Shown here piece after piece: positions 10,208 to 22,275 of a stretch of DNA of 64,000 nucleotides. Source of the DNA: an uncultured Alphaproteobacteria bacterium (lineage in GTDB: Bacteria > Pseudomonadota > Alphaproteobacteria > Sphingomonadales > Sphingomonadaceae); NCBI GenBank assembly GCA_963838365.1, contig CAWIQR010000012.1, positions 119,072-183,071 of the forward strand, read 5' to 3'. Made by a program: the position numbers and the translations under genes. The stretch's first letter is position 1, and every line of letters starts with the position of its first letter. The notes under the pieces were generated by a model. The model was not told the origin of the DNA and ran no database searches. It saw nothing but the letters and a program-made list of their open reading frames with translations.

Positions 10208-10674
10208 ACAATGGAAGGTCGTCAGTCACATTGCGCAAGGCAAACGCGCAGGAATGTGCTGCCCTGAGCGATCTATGCCTGCGATCAAAAGCTCATTGGG
10301 GATACGATGACGAGTTCCTCGCAATGTGTCGCGCAGAGCTTTGCGTGACGCCCGCCATTCTGGCTGAACGGTTTGCAATGGTCGCCGAAGCCGACGGGTG
10401 TCTGCGCGGCTATGTCGAGGTGTCGATCAAAGATGGCGATTGTCACTTGGAAAAGCTCTTTGTCGCGCCTGAAGCAATGGGATGCGGTATTGGAGCGCAA
10501 TTGCTAGGGATCGCTATCGACTACGCAAAACAACAACACGCACGGGAAATGGTGATCGAGGCTGACCCGGATGCGGTGCCATTCTATCACAGGTTCGGTG
10601 CGATCCATGCCGGCCATACCAAATCAGGATCAGTGCCGGGACGGACGCTACCCAGACTTTTGCTGCGCCTGTAA
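10204..10674 (+). CDS. GNAT family N-acetyltransferase
   Basis: SKAHWGYD, LEKLFVAPEAMGCGIGAQL and ADPDAVPFYHRFGA. Confidence 0.85.
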   Translation: MNNGRSSVTLRKANAQECAALSDLCLRSKAHWGYDDEFLAMCRAELCVTPAILAERFAMVAEADGCLRGYVEVSIKDGDCHLEKLFVAPEAMGCGIGAQLLGIAIDYAKQQHAREMVIEADPDAVPFYHRFGAIHAGHTKSGSVPGRTLPRLLLRL

Positions 10675-10698
10675 TCGGTCAAAATGTAGGGTGTGAAA

Positions 10699-10971
10699 TC
10701 ACCCAGCAGGGCGGGTCGGCAGTTTTGCAACCTTCGCACTGATCGGGCTTACCGTGGTGCTCGCCGCATCTGCCATCATCGCGTCATGTTCTGCAAACAG
10801 CGCTTCGAGTTCTGTGCGCCGTTCGAGCAATTTGTGCGCGATCCCCGGCGCAAGGCTCTCACCATCGCCGATCTGTCCCAGTAAAGCTGCCAGATCGCTG
10901 GCGGTCGCATCGCGAGGCGTCTTGAAGAAATGACCCCTGCGATCGAAGTATCCGGTTCCACTCCTCGCCAT
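10699..10971 (-). CDS. Small hypothetical protein
   Basis: ATG at 10971 preceded by AGGAGA; MARSGTGYFDRRGHFFKTP..., 90 aa. Confidence 0.65.
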   Translation of the reverse strand: MARSGTGYFDRRGHFFKTPRDATASDLAALLGQIGDGESLAPGIAHKLLERRTELEALFAEHDAMMADAASTTVSPISAKVAKLPTRPAG

Positions 10972-11193
10972 GATGAAATCTCCTACTAACCAGACGGTGA
11001 CCAGTCGGCGGGGTGGGCGAATCACCCCCTGCCAACGAGACAAAGATCATAGATTAGCGAGCGATTTACCAGTCGGATTGTTCGAAAACGCCATTTCCTG
11101 GCACAAAAAATGCAATAGAATCAGTGCATTCATTTTAAGGAGCGTTCAGATCGGGACAATTTGTTCCTTAAAGGTAAACGAATCGCGTGGCGA

Positions 11194-13213
11194 TTACTCC
11201 AATTCCAGAATCACCGCATCCACCGCCAGACTCTCGCCCTCTTTTGCGTTGATCTGCGCAATGACGCCTTCCTTTTCGGCGCGCAGGATGTTTTCCATCT
11301 TCATTGCCTCGACCGTGGCCAGAGGCTGTCCGGGCTGCACGCTGTCGCCTTGTGCCACATGCAGTTTCATCAGCATTCCGGGCATCGGGCAGATCAGCAT
11401 TCGTGAAAGATCGGGCGGCACCTTCTCGATCATGTGCCGGGTATAAGGGGCGACGTGGTAGGGCAGGACCAGCGCCTCGTGAGAGGCGCCTCGGGTCGTC
11501 ATCCGCCAGCGCACGCCGATACGTTCGATCTGCGCCGTAAAATCCGTGTCTCCGGTGACGCGGGCAATCGGCATACCGACTTCCCAATCCCACGTTCCGC
11601 GCACAGGTTTACCGTCGACGCTCGCACCGCCTTCTTCGAGCAGCACATCGAATTCGCGCATCCCAATCGCGACCATCCATCGCGAAGGTGGATTGTCGAT
11701 CCCGTTGAGTTGGCCCGAAATACGGCGCGAGCGGACCTGCTGGGTAAATTCAGCCCCCGCAAACAATGCCGCAAGCTGGCGTAGCCATGCATCGTCGGCG
11801 GGCGCGCCTCTGAACCCGTCGGGATATTCCTCTGCGATGAACCCAGTGGTGAGCTCGCCCGAGCGAAAGCGCGGGTGCTGCATGATCGCGCTCAGGAAGT
11901 CGACATTGTGGCCCAGCCCCTTGATCCGGAACGCATCGAGCGCCTCGATCTGCAAGTCGGCGGCTTCTTCACGGGTGGGTGCCCAGGTAATCAGCTTGGC
12001 GATCATGGGGTCGTAGAACATGCTGACCTCACCGCCTTCGAAAACGCCGTCGTCCACACGGATGCCGTCTACGCCGCGCCGCCCGTTTGCGCTGCCATCA
12101 TGGCTCCAGCCTGCCAATGGCGGCTCGTATTCCACCAACCGACCGGTCGATGGCAGGAACCCGCGATAGGGGTCTTCGGCATAGACGCGGTTTTCGATTG
12201 CCCAGCCGTCGATGCCGATATCGTCCTGCGTCATGGTCAGTTTTTCACCGGCAGCCACGCGGATCATCTGTTCCACCAGATCAATGCCGGTAATCGCTTC
12301 TGTCACCGGATGTTCGACCTGAAGCCGGGTGTTCATTTCGAGGAAATAGAAGCTCTCGCCGCTTGGGTCCGCGCCGCTGACGATCAGTTCGACCGTGCCG
12401 GCGGAATGATAATCCACCGCGCGGGCCAGTGCGACGCATTGTTCGCCCATCGCCTTGCGCATAGTGGGCGTGACGAACGGCGATGGCGCTTCCTCGACGA
12501 CCTTTTGGTGGCGGCGCTGGATCGAGCATTCGCGCTCGTTGAGATAGAGAATAGTGCCGTGCTTATCGCCCAAGATCTGGATTTCGATGTGGCGCGGATT
12601 CTCGATGAATTTCTCGATGAAAACGCGGTCATCGCCGAAAGGAGTTGAGCCCTTCGCGCTTGGTCGCCTCAAACCCTTCGCGCACGTCCTTTTCCGACCA
12701 CGCCAGGCGCATCCCTTTACCTCCGCCACCGGCGCTGGCCTTCATCATCACCGGGTAGGTGATCTCATTGGCGATCTCGACTGCGTGTTCGGTATCGCGG
12801 ATTTCTCCGACGAAACCGGGCACGACATTGACGCCCGCTTTCAAGGCCAATTTCTTGGATTCGATCTTGTCGCCCATCGCCGCAATCGCGCCTGCGGGCG
12901 GGCCGATGAAGGCGATGTTCTCCGCCGCCAATGCCTCAACGAAACTCGCGCGCTCGGACAAAAAGCCGTAGCCGGGATGCACCGCTTCTGCCCCGGTTTC
13001 CTTACACGCGGCGATGATCTTTTCCGGGATCAGATAGCTTTCCGCAGCAGGCGATGGCCCGATATGCACCGCCTCATCCGCCATGCGCACGAACGGCGCA
13101 TGGCGGTCCGCATCGGAATAGACCGCGACGGTGGCGATCCCCATCTTCTGCGCCGTCTGGATGACGCGGCAGGCAATTTCGCCGCGATTGGCAATCAGGA
13201 TTTTGGAAAACAT
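11194..13213 (-). CDS. pccA: Propionyl-CoA carboxylase alpha subunit (biotin carboxylase plus biotinyl domain); apparent +1 indel at about 12638-12640
   Basis: [31 protein letters not shown], then after the frame change [26 protein letters not shown] and EAMKM (biotin lysine). Confidence 0.93.
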
Positions 13214-13230
13214 ATTCAGCCTTGTTTCTC

Positions 13231-14019
13231 TCACTCTCGCGTCTGCGCATAGCCGATTAGCGCGCGGGCGTAAGCCCCCGCACCGCGCCGATCGCCCTCA
13301 CCATCCACCAGCGATCCGATTGCAGCGGCGAGACGTTGCAAATTGTTCAGGCAAAGGCGGCTCAGCGGTTCGACATAAATGCCGATAGTGAACAGGATTG
13401 CGCCCGTTTGCGGGAGCCGCCGGAGCGTTTGGCGTTCGGATCGCACGAACAGCGTCTCGCCAGCATTATCCGCAGTGACGTGGATAAAACCGTGTTCAGC
13501 GACCCCATCGGCAATCCAGCGGCGCGCGGGCGTGGGCGCAATGAACCAGTTGCACCGGCCATAGATCGGCCCCGCCTTGAGTGTGTCGATGAAGCGGTCG
13601 ACCCCGGTTGCGAGCTGCTCCTCATAGCCCGCAATCGGTGCATGGAGCGCGCGCAGCGGCAGGCCAATTTTCTGCGCGGGGTGCCAGTCGGAGGGCCATG
13701 CCACCGCGGCGCCGATCAGGCGGTATTGCTCTTCGTCTGCCCGGCAGGTTAGCAGGCACATATCCTCGTGCGCGGCCAGCGCAGCTTCGGGTAACGCGCC
13801 GGGGACGCCAAGCATTTCAGCGAGTTCGCGCCCGGGCGCAAGCGCGTCTGCAGTCAGCTGCACTCCTTCGGGAAAGGCCACAAACCCATCGTGCCGGGCC
13901 GCAAGGTCGGGTTCGGGTTGCAGCCATTCGTGTTCTTCGAGCCGGACCAGCCCCATGCGAAGCTGGCCTCCACCGCGCGCTTTGGGCAGCAGCGTATCGA
14001 TGGAGAAGCCGAGGGTCAT
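13231..14019 (-). CDS. DUF3445 / heme-dependent oxidative N-demethylase alpha-like protein
   Basis: [39 protein letters not shown] and LFTIGIY. Confidence 0.75.
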   Translation of the reverse strand: MTLGFSIDTLLPKARGGGQLRMGLVRLEEHEWLQPEPDLAARHDGFVAFPEGVQLTADALAPGRELAEMLGVPGALPEAALAAHEDMCLLTCRADEEQYRLIGAAVAWPSDWHPAQKIGLPLRALHAPIAGYEEQLATGVDRFIDTLKAGPIYGRCNWFIAPTPARRWIADGVAEHGFIHVTADNAGETLFVRSERQTLRRLPQTGAILFTIGIYVEPLSRLCLNNLQRLAAAIGSLVDGEGDRRGAGAYARALIGYAQTRE

Positions 14020-14032
14020 GCGCCTGCGCGGG

Positions 14033-15061
14033 TCAGCCCGCCGCGACCTTTTCCCTGCTCGCGCGGGCAGGTTCCTCACCCTTGAGCGCAGTCAGGCCCA
14101 GTTTGGCGAACAGCGCGCCGTCGCTGTCATCCCCTGCATTTGGCGCGGTGAGCAGTTTGTCGCCGGTGAAGATCGAGTTCGCGCCTGCGAGAAAGCACAG
14201 CGCCTGCATCGCCTCGGACATCGATTCGCGCCCCGCCGACAGCCGCACCATCGAGCGCGGCATGGTGATGCGCGCGACGGCCACCGTGCGGACGAACTCG
14301 ATATCGTCGATCTTGGCGAGCGGCGTATCGGCGAGCATGTTGCCCAGCACCGTGCCTTTCACCGGCACCAGCGCATTGACCGGCACGCTTTCGGGATGCT
14401 GCGGCAGGGTGGCGAGGGTGTGGACGAAGCCCACCCGGTCCTCGCGCGTCTCGCCCATGCCGACGATCCCGCCAGAGCACACGTTGATCCCCGCCTTGCG
14501 GACGTGATCGAGCGTGTCCAAGCGGCACTGGAAATCGCGGGTGGAGATGACGCGCTCGTAATACTCAGGGCTGCTGTCGATATTGTGATTGTAGTAATCG
14601 AGGCCCGCGTCAGCCAGCATGTCGGCCTGATGCGGTTCGAGCATCCCCAGCGTCATGCAGGTCTCCAGCCCCATATCGCGCACGCCCTTCACGATCTCGA
14701 CGATCGCGGGCATGTCGCGGTCCTTGGGATTGCGCCACGCCGCGCCCATGCAGAACCGCTGCGAGCCTTGGTCCTTTGCCTGCGCGGCGCGCTGGAGCAC
14801 GGCCTGCACGTCCATCAGCTTGGTGGCTTCGACGCCGCTGTCAGCCTTCACCGACTGCGAGCAATATCCGCAATCCTCCGGACACCCGCCGGTCTTGATG
14901 CTGAGCAGGGTGCACAGCTGCACTTCGGTGGCGGGGTGGTATGCGCGGTGAACGCTGGCAGCCTGAAACAGCAGCTCGGTGAAGGGCAGGTCGAAGAGGG
15001 CCGCGATTTCGGTGCGGGTCCAGGTGGTGCGAACACCGTCATCCTGAACTTGTTTCAGCAT
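14033..15061 (-). CDS. bioB: Biotin synthase
   Basis: Radical-SAM motif CPEDCGYC, plus [22 protein letters not shown] and VPVNAL. The first codons lie inside a palindromic repeat. Confidence 0.96.
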   Translation of the reverse strand: MLKQVQDDGVRTTWTRTEIAALFDLPFTELLFQAASVHRAYHPATEVQLCTLLSIKTGGCPEDCGYCSQSVKADSGVEATKLMDVQAVLQRAAQAKDQGSQRFCMGAAWRNPKDRDMPAIVEIVKGVRDMGLETCMTLGMLEPHQADMLADAGLDYYNHNIDSSPEYYERVISTRDFQCRLDTLDHVRKAGINVCSGGIVGMGETREDRVGFVHTLATLPQHPESVPVNALVPVKGTVLGNMLADTPLAKIDDIEFVRTVAVARITMPRSMVRLSAGRESMSEAMQALCFLAGANSIFTGDKLLTAPNAGDDSDGALFAKLGLTALKGEEPARASREKVAAG

Positions 15062-15126
15062 CCATTTATCCTTTCATGCTACGGCTAATGGGGGGCAGTG
15101 GACCCTGAAACAAGTTCAGGGTGACG
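15037..15126. repeat. CGTC-tagged palindromic REP-like element (family A)
   Basis: Arms CGTCATCCTGAACTTGTTTCAGCATCCA and TGGACCCTGAAACAAGTTCAGGGTGACG are near reverse complements around a spacer of about 34 nt. Confidence 0.88.
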
Positions 15127-15150
15127 GCAAGGTTAGGCGGCAAAGCTTTT

Positions 15151-15396
15151 TCAGATTGCGTCAGCGATCAGCCAAATCAGGAAAGCCGAGACCACCAGCA
15201 ACAGAAATGCCGTTATGGTAACGCTGATCCAGAAGCGCCATGGCCTCTCCCGACGCGACATGCGCTCTTGCTCATAACCAAAATCCGGATCATCCACCTC
15301 CAAAACGTAGCCTTGTTTCCATGCAATGTGGAGCCGCCGAACTGCCCATACGATGTATCCTATCGCGGCGACGGCCCAGAGCAGCTTGATGCTCAC
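15151..15396 (-). CDS. Small two-TM hypothetical protein
   Basis: 81 aa with two hydrophobic segments; its start overlaps the scpA stop (ATGA-type coupling). Confidence 0.55.
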   Translation of the reverse strand: MSIKLLWAVAAIGYIVWAVRRLHIAWKQGYVLEVDDPDFGYEQERMSRRERPWRFWISVTITAFLLLVVSAFLIWLIADAI

Positions 15397-17649
15397 TCCG
15401 CCGCCTCGTCCAGCCCCTCGCCCACCAAGTCTCCGGGCGGCGGCATGTTGTGTCCCAGCAGCGTCAGAATGTCCGCGCCCGCCTCCACCACGTTGGTGCC
15501 GGGGCCGTAGATGCCCTGCACCCCGGCTTCGCGCAGGAAGTCGTAATCGGTCGCCGGGATCACACCGCCTGCGGTCACCTTGATATCGGCGCGGCCCGCT
15601 TCCTTCAGCAAGCGGATCAGTTCGGGGATCAGCGTCTTGTGGCCCGCCGCAAGGCTGCTTGCGCCGATCACGTCGACGTCCTTCTCTAATGCCATGTCGC
15701 GCGTTTCCTCCGGCGTCTGGAACAGCGGGCCGGAGATCACCTCGAAGCCCATGTCGGCAAAGGCGCTGGCGATCACATTCGCGCCGCGATCGTGCCCGTC
15801 CTGCCCCATCTTGGCGACCATGATGCGCGGCTTGCGCCCAAGTCGCCGCTCCACCGCATCCACGCCATCGGTCACCTGCGCCCAGCGGCGATCAAATTCG
15901 TACGCACTGGCATAGACTCCGCTCACCGGCTTTGGCGTCGCATCGTGGCGGCCAAACACCTCTTCCATCGCGGAGGAAATCTCGCCCAGCGTCGCATCGT
16001 GACGCGCGCTTCCACTGCCAAAGCTAAAAGATTATTCTCCATCCCCGTTCGTGCTGAGCTTGTCGAAGCACTGTCCTTCCCTTCCGAAGAGAAGTGCAGC
16101 CCTTCGACAGGCTCAGGGCGAACGGAGTTAGAGCGAGCCCCCGCCGTCAAGGCCGCCAAAGCAGCGCGGCACGCCGTTTCATCGCGGCCAGCGCGCACCT
16201 TGGCCAGCCGCTCAATCTGGCCCTTGCGCACGGCCGCATTATCGATGTCGAGCGTTTCGATCGGGTCTTCGGTCGCCTTGCGATACTTGTTGACGCCGAC
16301 GATCACCGTCTCGCCCTTGTCCACGCTGGTCTGCTTTTCCGCCGCCGCGCGCTCAATCGCGGCCTTGGGCGCGCCAGTGGCGACATAGGCGGTCATGCCG
16401 CCCGCTGCGTCGACTTCGGCCATCATCGCCTCGGCCTCAGCCACCAGCGTGGCGGTCAGCGCCTCGATATAATGCGAGCCGCCGAGTGGATCGACGACGT
16501 TGGTGATCCCGCTTTCCTCTTGCAGCACCAGCTGCGTGTTGCGCGCAATTCGCGCCGAGAAATCGGTCGGGAGCGCAATCGCCTCGTCCAGCGCGTTGGT
16601 GTGGAGCGATTGCGTACCGCCGAGCATCGCGGCCAAGGCCTCCACGGTGGTGCGGATGACGTTGTTGTACGGGTCCTGCTCCTGCAACGAGACGCCCGAG
16701 GTCTGGCAATGGGTGCGCAGCATCTTGGAGCGTTCGTCCTGCGCCCCCAGATCGTCCATCACCTTGTACCACAGCGTGCGCGCGGCGCGCAGCTTGGCGA
16801 TCTCCATGAAAAAGTTCATGCCGATGCCGAAGAAGAAGCTCAAACGCCCGGCAAACGCATCGATATCCAGACCCGTGTCCATCGCGCGCCGGCGTATTCC
16901 TTGCCATCGGCAATGGTAAAGGCGAGTTCCTGCACCGCCGTCGCCCCGGCCTCATGCATGTGATAGCCGCTGATCGAAATAGAGTTGAATTTCGGCATGT
17001 TGGCAGAGGTATATGCGATAATGTCCGAAACAATCCGCATACTTGGTTCAGGCGGATAGATATACGTGTTGCGAACCATGAATTCCTTCAGAATATCGTT
17101 CTGGATCGTGCCCGACAGCTTCTCTGCGGCCACGCCCTGCCGCTCTCCCGCGACGATATAGAACGCCATCACCGGGATCACCGCGCCGTTCATCGTCATG
17201 GAAACGGACATCGTATCGAGCGGGATCTGGTCGAACAGCACCTCCATATCGGCCACGGTGTCGATTGCCACGCCCGCCTTGCCCACATCGCCAACCACGC
17301 GCGGGTGATCGGAATCGTAACCACGGTGCGTCGCCAGATCGAAGGCGACCGACAGCCCCTTTTGCCCGGCGGCAAGGTTGCGGCGATAGAATGCGTTGGA
17401 TTCCTCGGCGGTGGAAAAGCCCGCATATTGCCGGATCGTCCACGGTCGACCGGCGTACATGCTGGCTTTCACACCGCGCGTAAACGGCGCGAATCCGGGC
17501 AGGCCGGGGTCGAAATCCGCATGATCCTCCGCCGTGTAAAGCGGCTTGATCGCGAAGCCCTCGGGCGTTTGCCATGTGAGGTCGCGGCCCGCGCAATTCC
17601 TTGCATCGGCAAGGGCTTTCCAGTCTTCGGGGGTCGGTTTTTGGGTCAT
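15393..17649 (-). CDS. scpA: Methylmalonyl-CoA mutase; apparent indels at about 16009 and 16890, a probable compensating pair near 17590-17604, and an in-frame repeat insertion
   Basis: [46 protein letters not shown] and B12-binding GQDGHDRG, spread over three consecutive frames. Confidence 0.93.
16045..16125. repeat. Palindromic REP-like element (family B, CCGTTCG-ended), inside scpA in frame
   Basis: CCGTTCGTGCTGAGCTTGTCGAAGC ... CCTTCGACAGGCTCAGGGCGAACGG; 81 bp. Confidence 0.88.
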
Positions 17650-17662
17650 TATCAAACTCTAT

Positions 17663-17777
17663 CCGTTCGGGCTGAGCTTGTCGAAGCCCTGCCCTTTTGC
17701 AATTGCAACGCACCTGAATGCAAAGCAGCCCTTCGGAAGCGAAGCTGTTGCGCAGCAACACCGCTCAGGGCGAACGG
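17663..17777. repeat. Palindromic REP-like element (family B) with an extra hairpin branch in one arm
   Basis: CCGTTCGGGCTGAGCTTGTCGAAGCCCTGC ... GCAGCCCTTCG[GAAGCGAAGCTGTTGCGCAGCAACACC]GCTCAGGGCGAACGG. Confidence 0.8.
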
Positions 17778-17797
17778 GTGCTGGTTTCGCGGAGGCC

Positions 17798-18571
17798 TTA
17801 CTCTCCCTTAAACGCTGCCTTGCGCTTTTGCAGGAAGGCCATTCCGCCCTCGCGCGCATCCGCAGTTGCACCGGCGATCCGTTGCGCTTCAGCCTCGGCC
17901 AGCAGCACGTCCTGCATGGTGCCGTCCAGCGCAGCGGCAAGGTTGCGCTTGATATGGCGATAGGAAACGGTCGGACCGTTCGCGAGCCTTTCCGCCAGCG
18001 CGCGCGCTTCGGCCATCAGGTCGGCATCCTCTACGCATTTGTAGATGAGCCCCCATTCCTCGGCCTCGCTTGCGCCGATCTTTTCCCCCAGCATCATCAT
18101 ACGCGTGGCACGGGCGCGGCCGATGGCGCGGGCCAGCATCCAGGTCGATCCGCCATCGGGAACAAGGCCGATGTTGACGAAGGCTTGCAGGAAATACGCG
18201 GATTTGCCCGCAATGGTGAAATCCGCCGCCAGCGCAAGCTGCACCCGACGCCCGCCGCCGGGCCGTTGACCGCGCAGATAACGGGCACATCGGCGCGCAT
18301 CACCTGGTTGATCGTCGGATTGTAATGCCGGGTCAGCGCCTGATGGCTGCCGCCCTTGCTCTCGGTCGATCGGGCGGAGAGGTCCGCGCCGGAACAGAAA
18401 CCCTTGCCCTCACCTGTAATCAACACCGCGCGCGCATCACCAAGATCATAGAACACCTGCCCGATTTCATCCGCCATCTGCGGCGGCATGGCGTTGAGGC
18501 GATCGGGCCGGTTCAGCGTGATGGTAAGCAAGCGGGCCTTCGCGGTCGACGCGGATGGTTTCGTAGGACAT
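17798..18571 (-). CDS. Enoyl-CoA hydratase/isomerase family protein (PaaG-like); apparent indels at about 18530 and 18238
   Basis: MSYETIRVDREG..., ITLNRPDRLNA, FCSGADL, AVNGPAAGVG, GLVPDGGST and GGMAFLQKRKAAFKG. Confidence 0.85.
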
Positions 18572-18589
18572 TTTCTAACCTCTCTCTTG

Positions 18590-18676
18590 CGTCTCCCCGG
18601 CCCCGAGCCGGGGCCCCGCTTTCTTCCGCATCGCGTGTCAAAAGAAGCGGGGCCCCGGATCAAGTCCGGGGAGACG
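18590..18676. repeat. CGTC-tagged palindromic REP-like element (family C)
   Basis: CGTCTCCCCGGCCCCGAGCCGGGGCCCCGCTTTCTT ... AAGAAGCGGGGCCCCGGATCAAGTCCGGGGAGACG. Confidence 0.85.
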
Positions 18677-18683
18677 ATTGTTC

Positions 18684-19136
18684 TCAATCAGACCAGTGGG
18701 TGCCGTCCTTCGGCGTTTCCATGATCTCGGTAAGCATACCGCCCATGTCTTTTGGATGGACGAAAAAGATAGGGGTGCCGTGCGCGCCGATGCGCGTGGG
18801 GCCGAGAATGCGCTTGCCCAGTTCCTCGAATTCGGCGCGGGCCTCGGCAATATCGGGCACCTCGAAGCACAGGTGATGCTGCCCGCCGAGCGGGTTCTTG
18901 GCGAGGAAACCTGCGAGCGTGGAGTTCTCCCCCAGCGGCTCGATCAGCTCGATCTGCGTGCCGTTCATCGCGCCATCGGCACCGGGCGTGTCGACGAAGC
19001 AGACCTTCACGCCCTGCTCCTCAAGGTCGAAGGGCATGTGGATTTTGGTCGCGCCCATGACGTCGCGGTAGAAGGCGATCGAGTCCGCGATGGAGGGCGT
19101 GGCGACCCCGATGTGGTTGAGACGGCCGAGTTTCAT
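18684..19136 (-). CDS. mce: Methylmalonyl-CoA epimerase
   Basis: [41 protein letters not shown] and LTEIME (VOC fold). Confidence 0.94.
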   Translation of the reverse strand: MKLGRLNHIGVATPSIADSIAFYRDVMGATKIHMPFDLEEQGVKVCFVDTPGADGAMNGTQIELIEPLGENSTLAGFLAKNPLGGQHHLCFEVPDIAEARAEFEELGKRILGPTRIGAHGTPIFFVHPKDMGGMLTEIMETPKDGTHWSD

Positions 19137-19502
19137 TCTGCAATTCCTAACCTCTGACATTCACCGATCAATGCAGGCCTTCCCAATAAGAAGCCGCCCT
19201 GTGCTGCAATTTCGGCGGCACATGCGATCTTCCCATCGTCATTCTCATTCGGACACCACCCGTACGCAGGATCAAGCGTGATTGGTTCTGGCTCATAGCC
19301 ATTGCCGACAGGCTTCTCATCAAGCTGCTCCCGAGTGAGAAGAAACTTTTTGGGGATTTGGCATTGCACAACAATGTTTCTGATCACAGTCGCTGCAGCG
19401 GAAGCCATCTTAACGCGATCTTGCTCAGCTGCGAGATCATGCCGGTATTCAGACAACAAAAAACCACCCGCAAACAGAGCCAACGCTGCTACCACAAGCA
19501 GG

Positions 19503-19522
<20 letters not shown>
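19133..19522 (-). CDS. Hypothetical exported or membrane-anchored protein with 4 Cys
   Basis: N-terminal hydrophobic segment [18 protein letters not shown]; overlaps the pccB stop and the mce start; looks AT-richer than its flanks. Confidence 0.5.
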
Positions 19523-21035
<1,513 letters not shown>

Positions 21036-21134
21036 GCGCATCCTCTTGTTTTGTGGTTTGGCCAAGGTCGTTGCCTTAGCCATTGCGCAGCGTCAACGTA
21101 TCACACATGCGGCGGGTTGTGAGCGAGGGTACAA

Positions 21135-22268
21135 ATGAGAAAATGTGATTCGCTGGTTATCGGCGGCGGGATCGCCGGTCTGTCACTCGCCGCACGGCTG
21201 GCGCGCCATGGCGTGGTGGTTGTGCTGGAGGGGGAAAGCGCGCCCGGCTATCACGCTTCCGGGCGCAGTGTGGCTTATGCCCATTTCGGTCTGGGAGAAC
21301 GGGTCGTGCGCACGTTGACCGCGCTGAGCCTGCCCGATCTTGCTGCCCCGGTCGCTGCGGCCAGTGCTCCGTTCGCGCGCATTCACCCTGCGCTGCACAT
21401 TGCCCGCGCCGATGAGGCCGATGCGCTGGATGCGCTGGAGGAGGTGCACCGGCAATTCGGGTGCGATTATTCTCGGATTACAGGCGGGGAAGCGCGCGCA
21501 ATGGTCCCGCTGCTTAAGGTGGGGCCAGACCATTGCCATGCCGCACTGGTGGATCGGGGCGCACTGAAACTGGATACCGATGCGATGTTGCAGGCGCACC
21601 TGCATGATCTACGCGGCGCGGGCGGTGAATTGGTGTGCGGTGCGCGCGTCACCGCCATCGTGCGTGACGGGGCGGACTGGATCGTCGAGGCTTCGGGGCA
21701 GAATTGGCGCGCATCCCGCGTGATCAACGCCGCTGGAGCTTGGGCGGACGAGGTCGCGCAAATGGCGCGCGTGACACCTGTTGGAATTGAGCCGCGCCGC
21801 CGCACTGTCATCGGCTTTGCAGCGCCCGCAGATACCGACGTGCGCGACTGGCCATTTATCAAGACGGTGGGCGAAGGGTTCTACATGCTGCCAGAGGGCG
21901 CCGGGCAATTGCTCGCGTCCTCAATGGACCAGACGCCCAGCGAACCATGCGATGCGGCGGGCGAGGAGATCGACATCGCCACCGCTGCGCACCGGGTGGA
22001 GAGCGCGTGCGACATTGAACTGCGCCGGATCGCGCACAGCTGGGCTGGCCTCAGAAGCTTCGCTCCGGATGAATTGCCGGTCGTCGGCCATGCAGGCGAT
22101 GCGCCCGGCTTTTTCTGGTTCGCGGGACAGGGCGGGGCCGGATTTCAGACCGCGCCAGCGCTGGCCCGGATGGGCGAGGCGCTGGCGCTGGGCCACCCTT
22201 GGCCGGATGATTTTGCCGCGGGCGATTTGCAGCCGGAGCTGTTCAGTCCCGCACGCTTCGGCGCGTAA
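21135..22268 (+). CDS. FAD-dependent oxidoreductase (D-amino-acid dehydrogenase family)
   Basis: VIGGGIAG Rossmann motif, HASGRS, INAAGAWAD, WAGLRSF and GQGGAGFQTAPA. Confidence 0.88.
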   Translation: MRKCDSLVIGGGIAGLSLAARLARHGVVVVLEGESAPGYHASGRSVAYAHFGLGERVVRTLTALSLPDLAAPVAAASAPFARIHPALHIARADEADALDALEEVHRQFGCDYSRITGGEARAMVPLLKVGPDHCHAALVDRGALKLDTDAMLQAHLHDLRGAGGELVCGARVTAIVRDGADWIVEASGQNWRASRVINAAGAWADEVAQMARVTPVGIEPRRRTVIGFAAPADTDVRDWPFIKTVGEGFYMLPEGAGQLLASSMDQTPSEPCDAAGEEIDIATAAHRVESACDIELRRIAHSWAGLRSFAPDELPVVGHAGDAPGFFWFAGQGGAGFQTAPALARMGEALALGHPWPDDFAAGDLQPELFSPARFGA

Positions 22269-22275
22269 ACCCGCC

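Noticed and set aside
11100-11115. Sigma54-like TGGCAC-N5-ATGCA
   Set aside because: It has one mismatch at -12 and points into the 3' end of pccA with no sense gene downstream. It can be chance, though an sRNA cannot be excluded.
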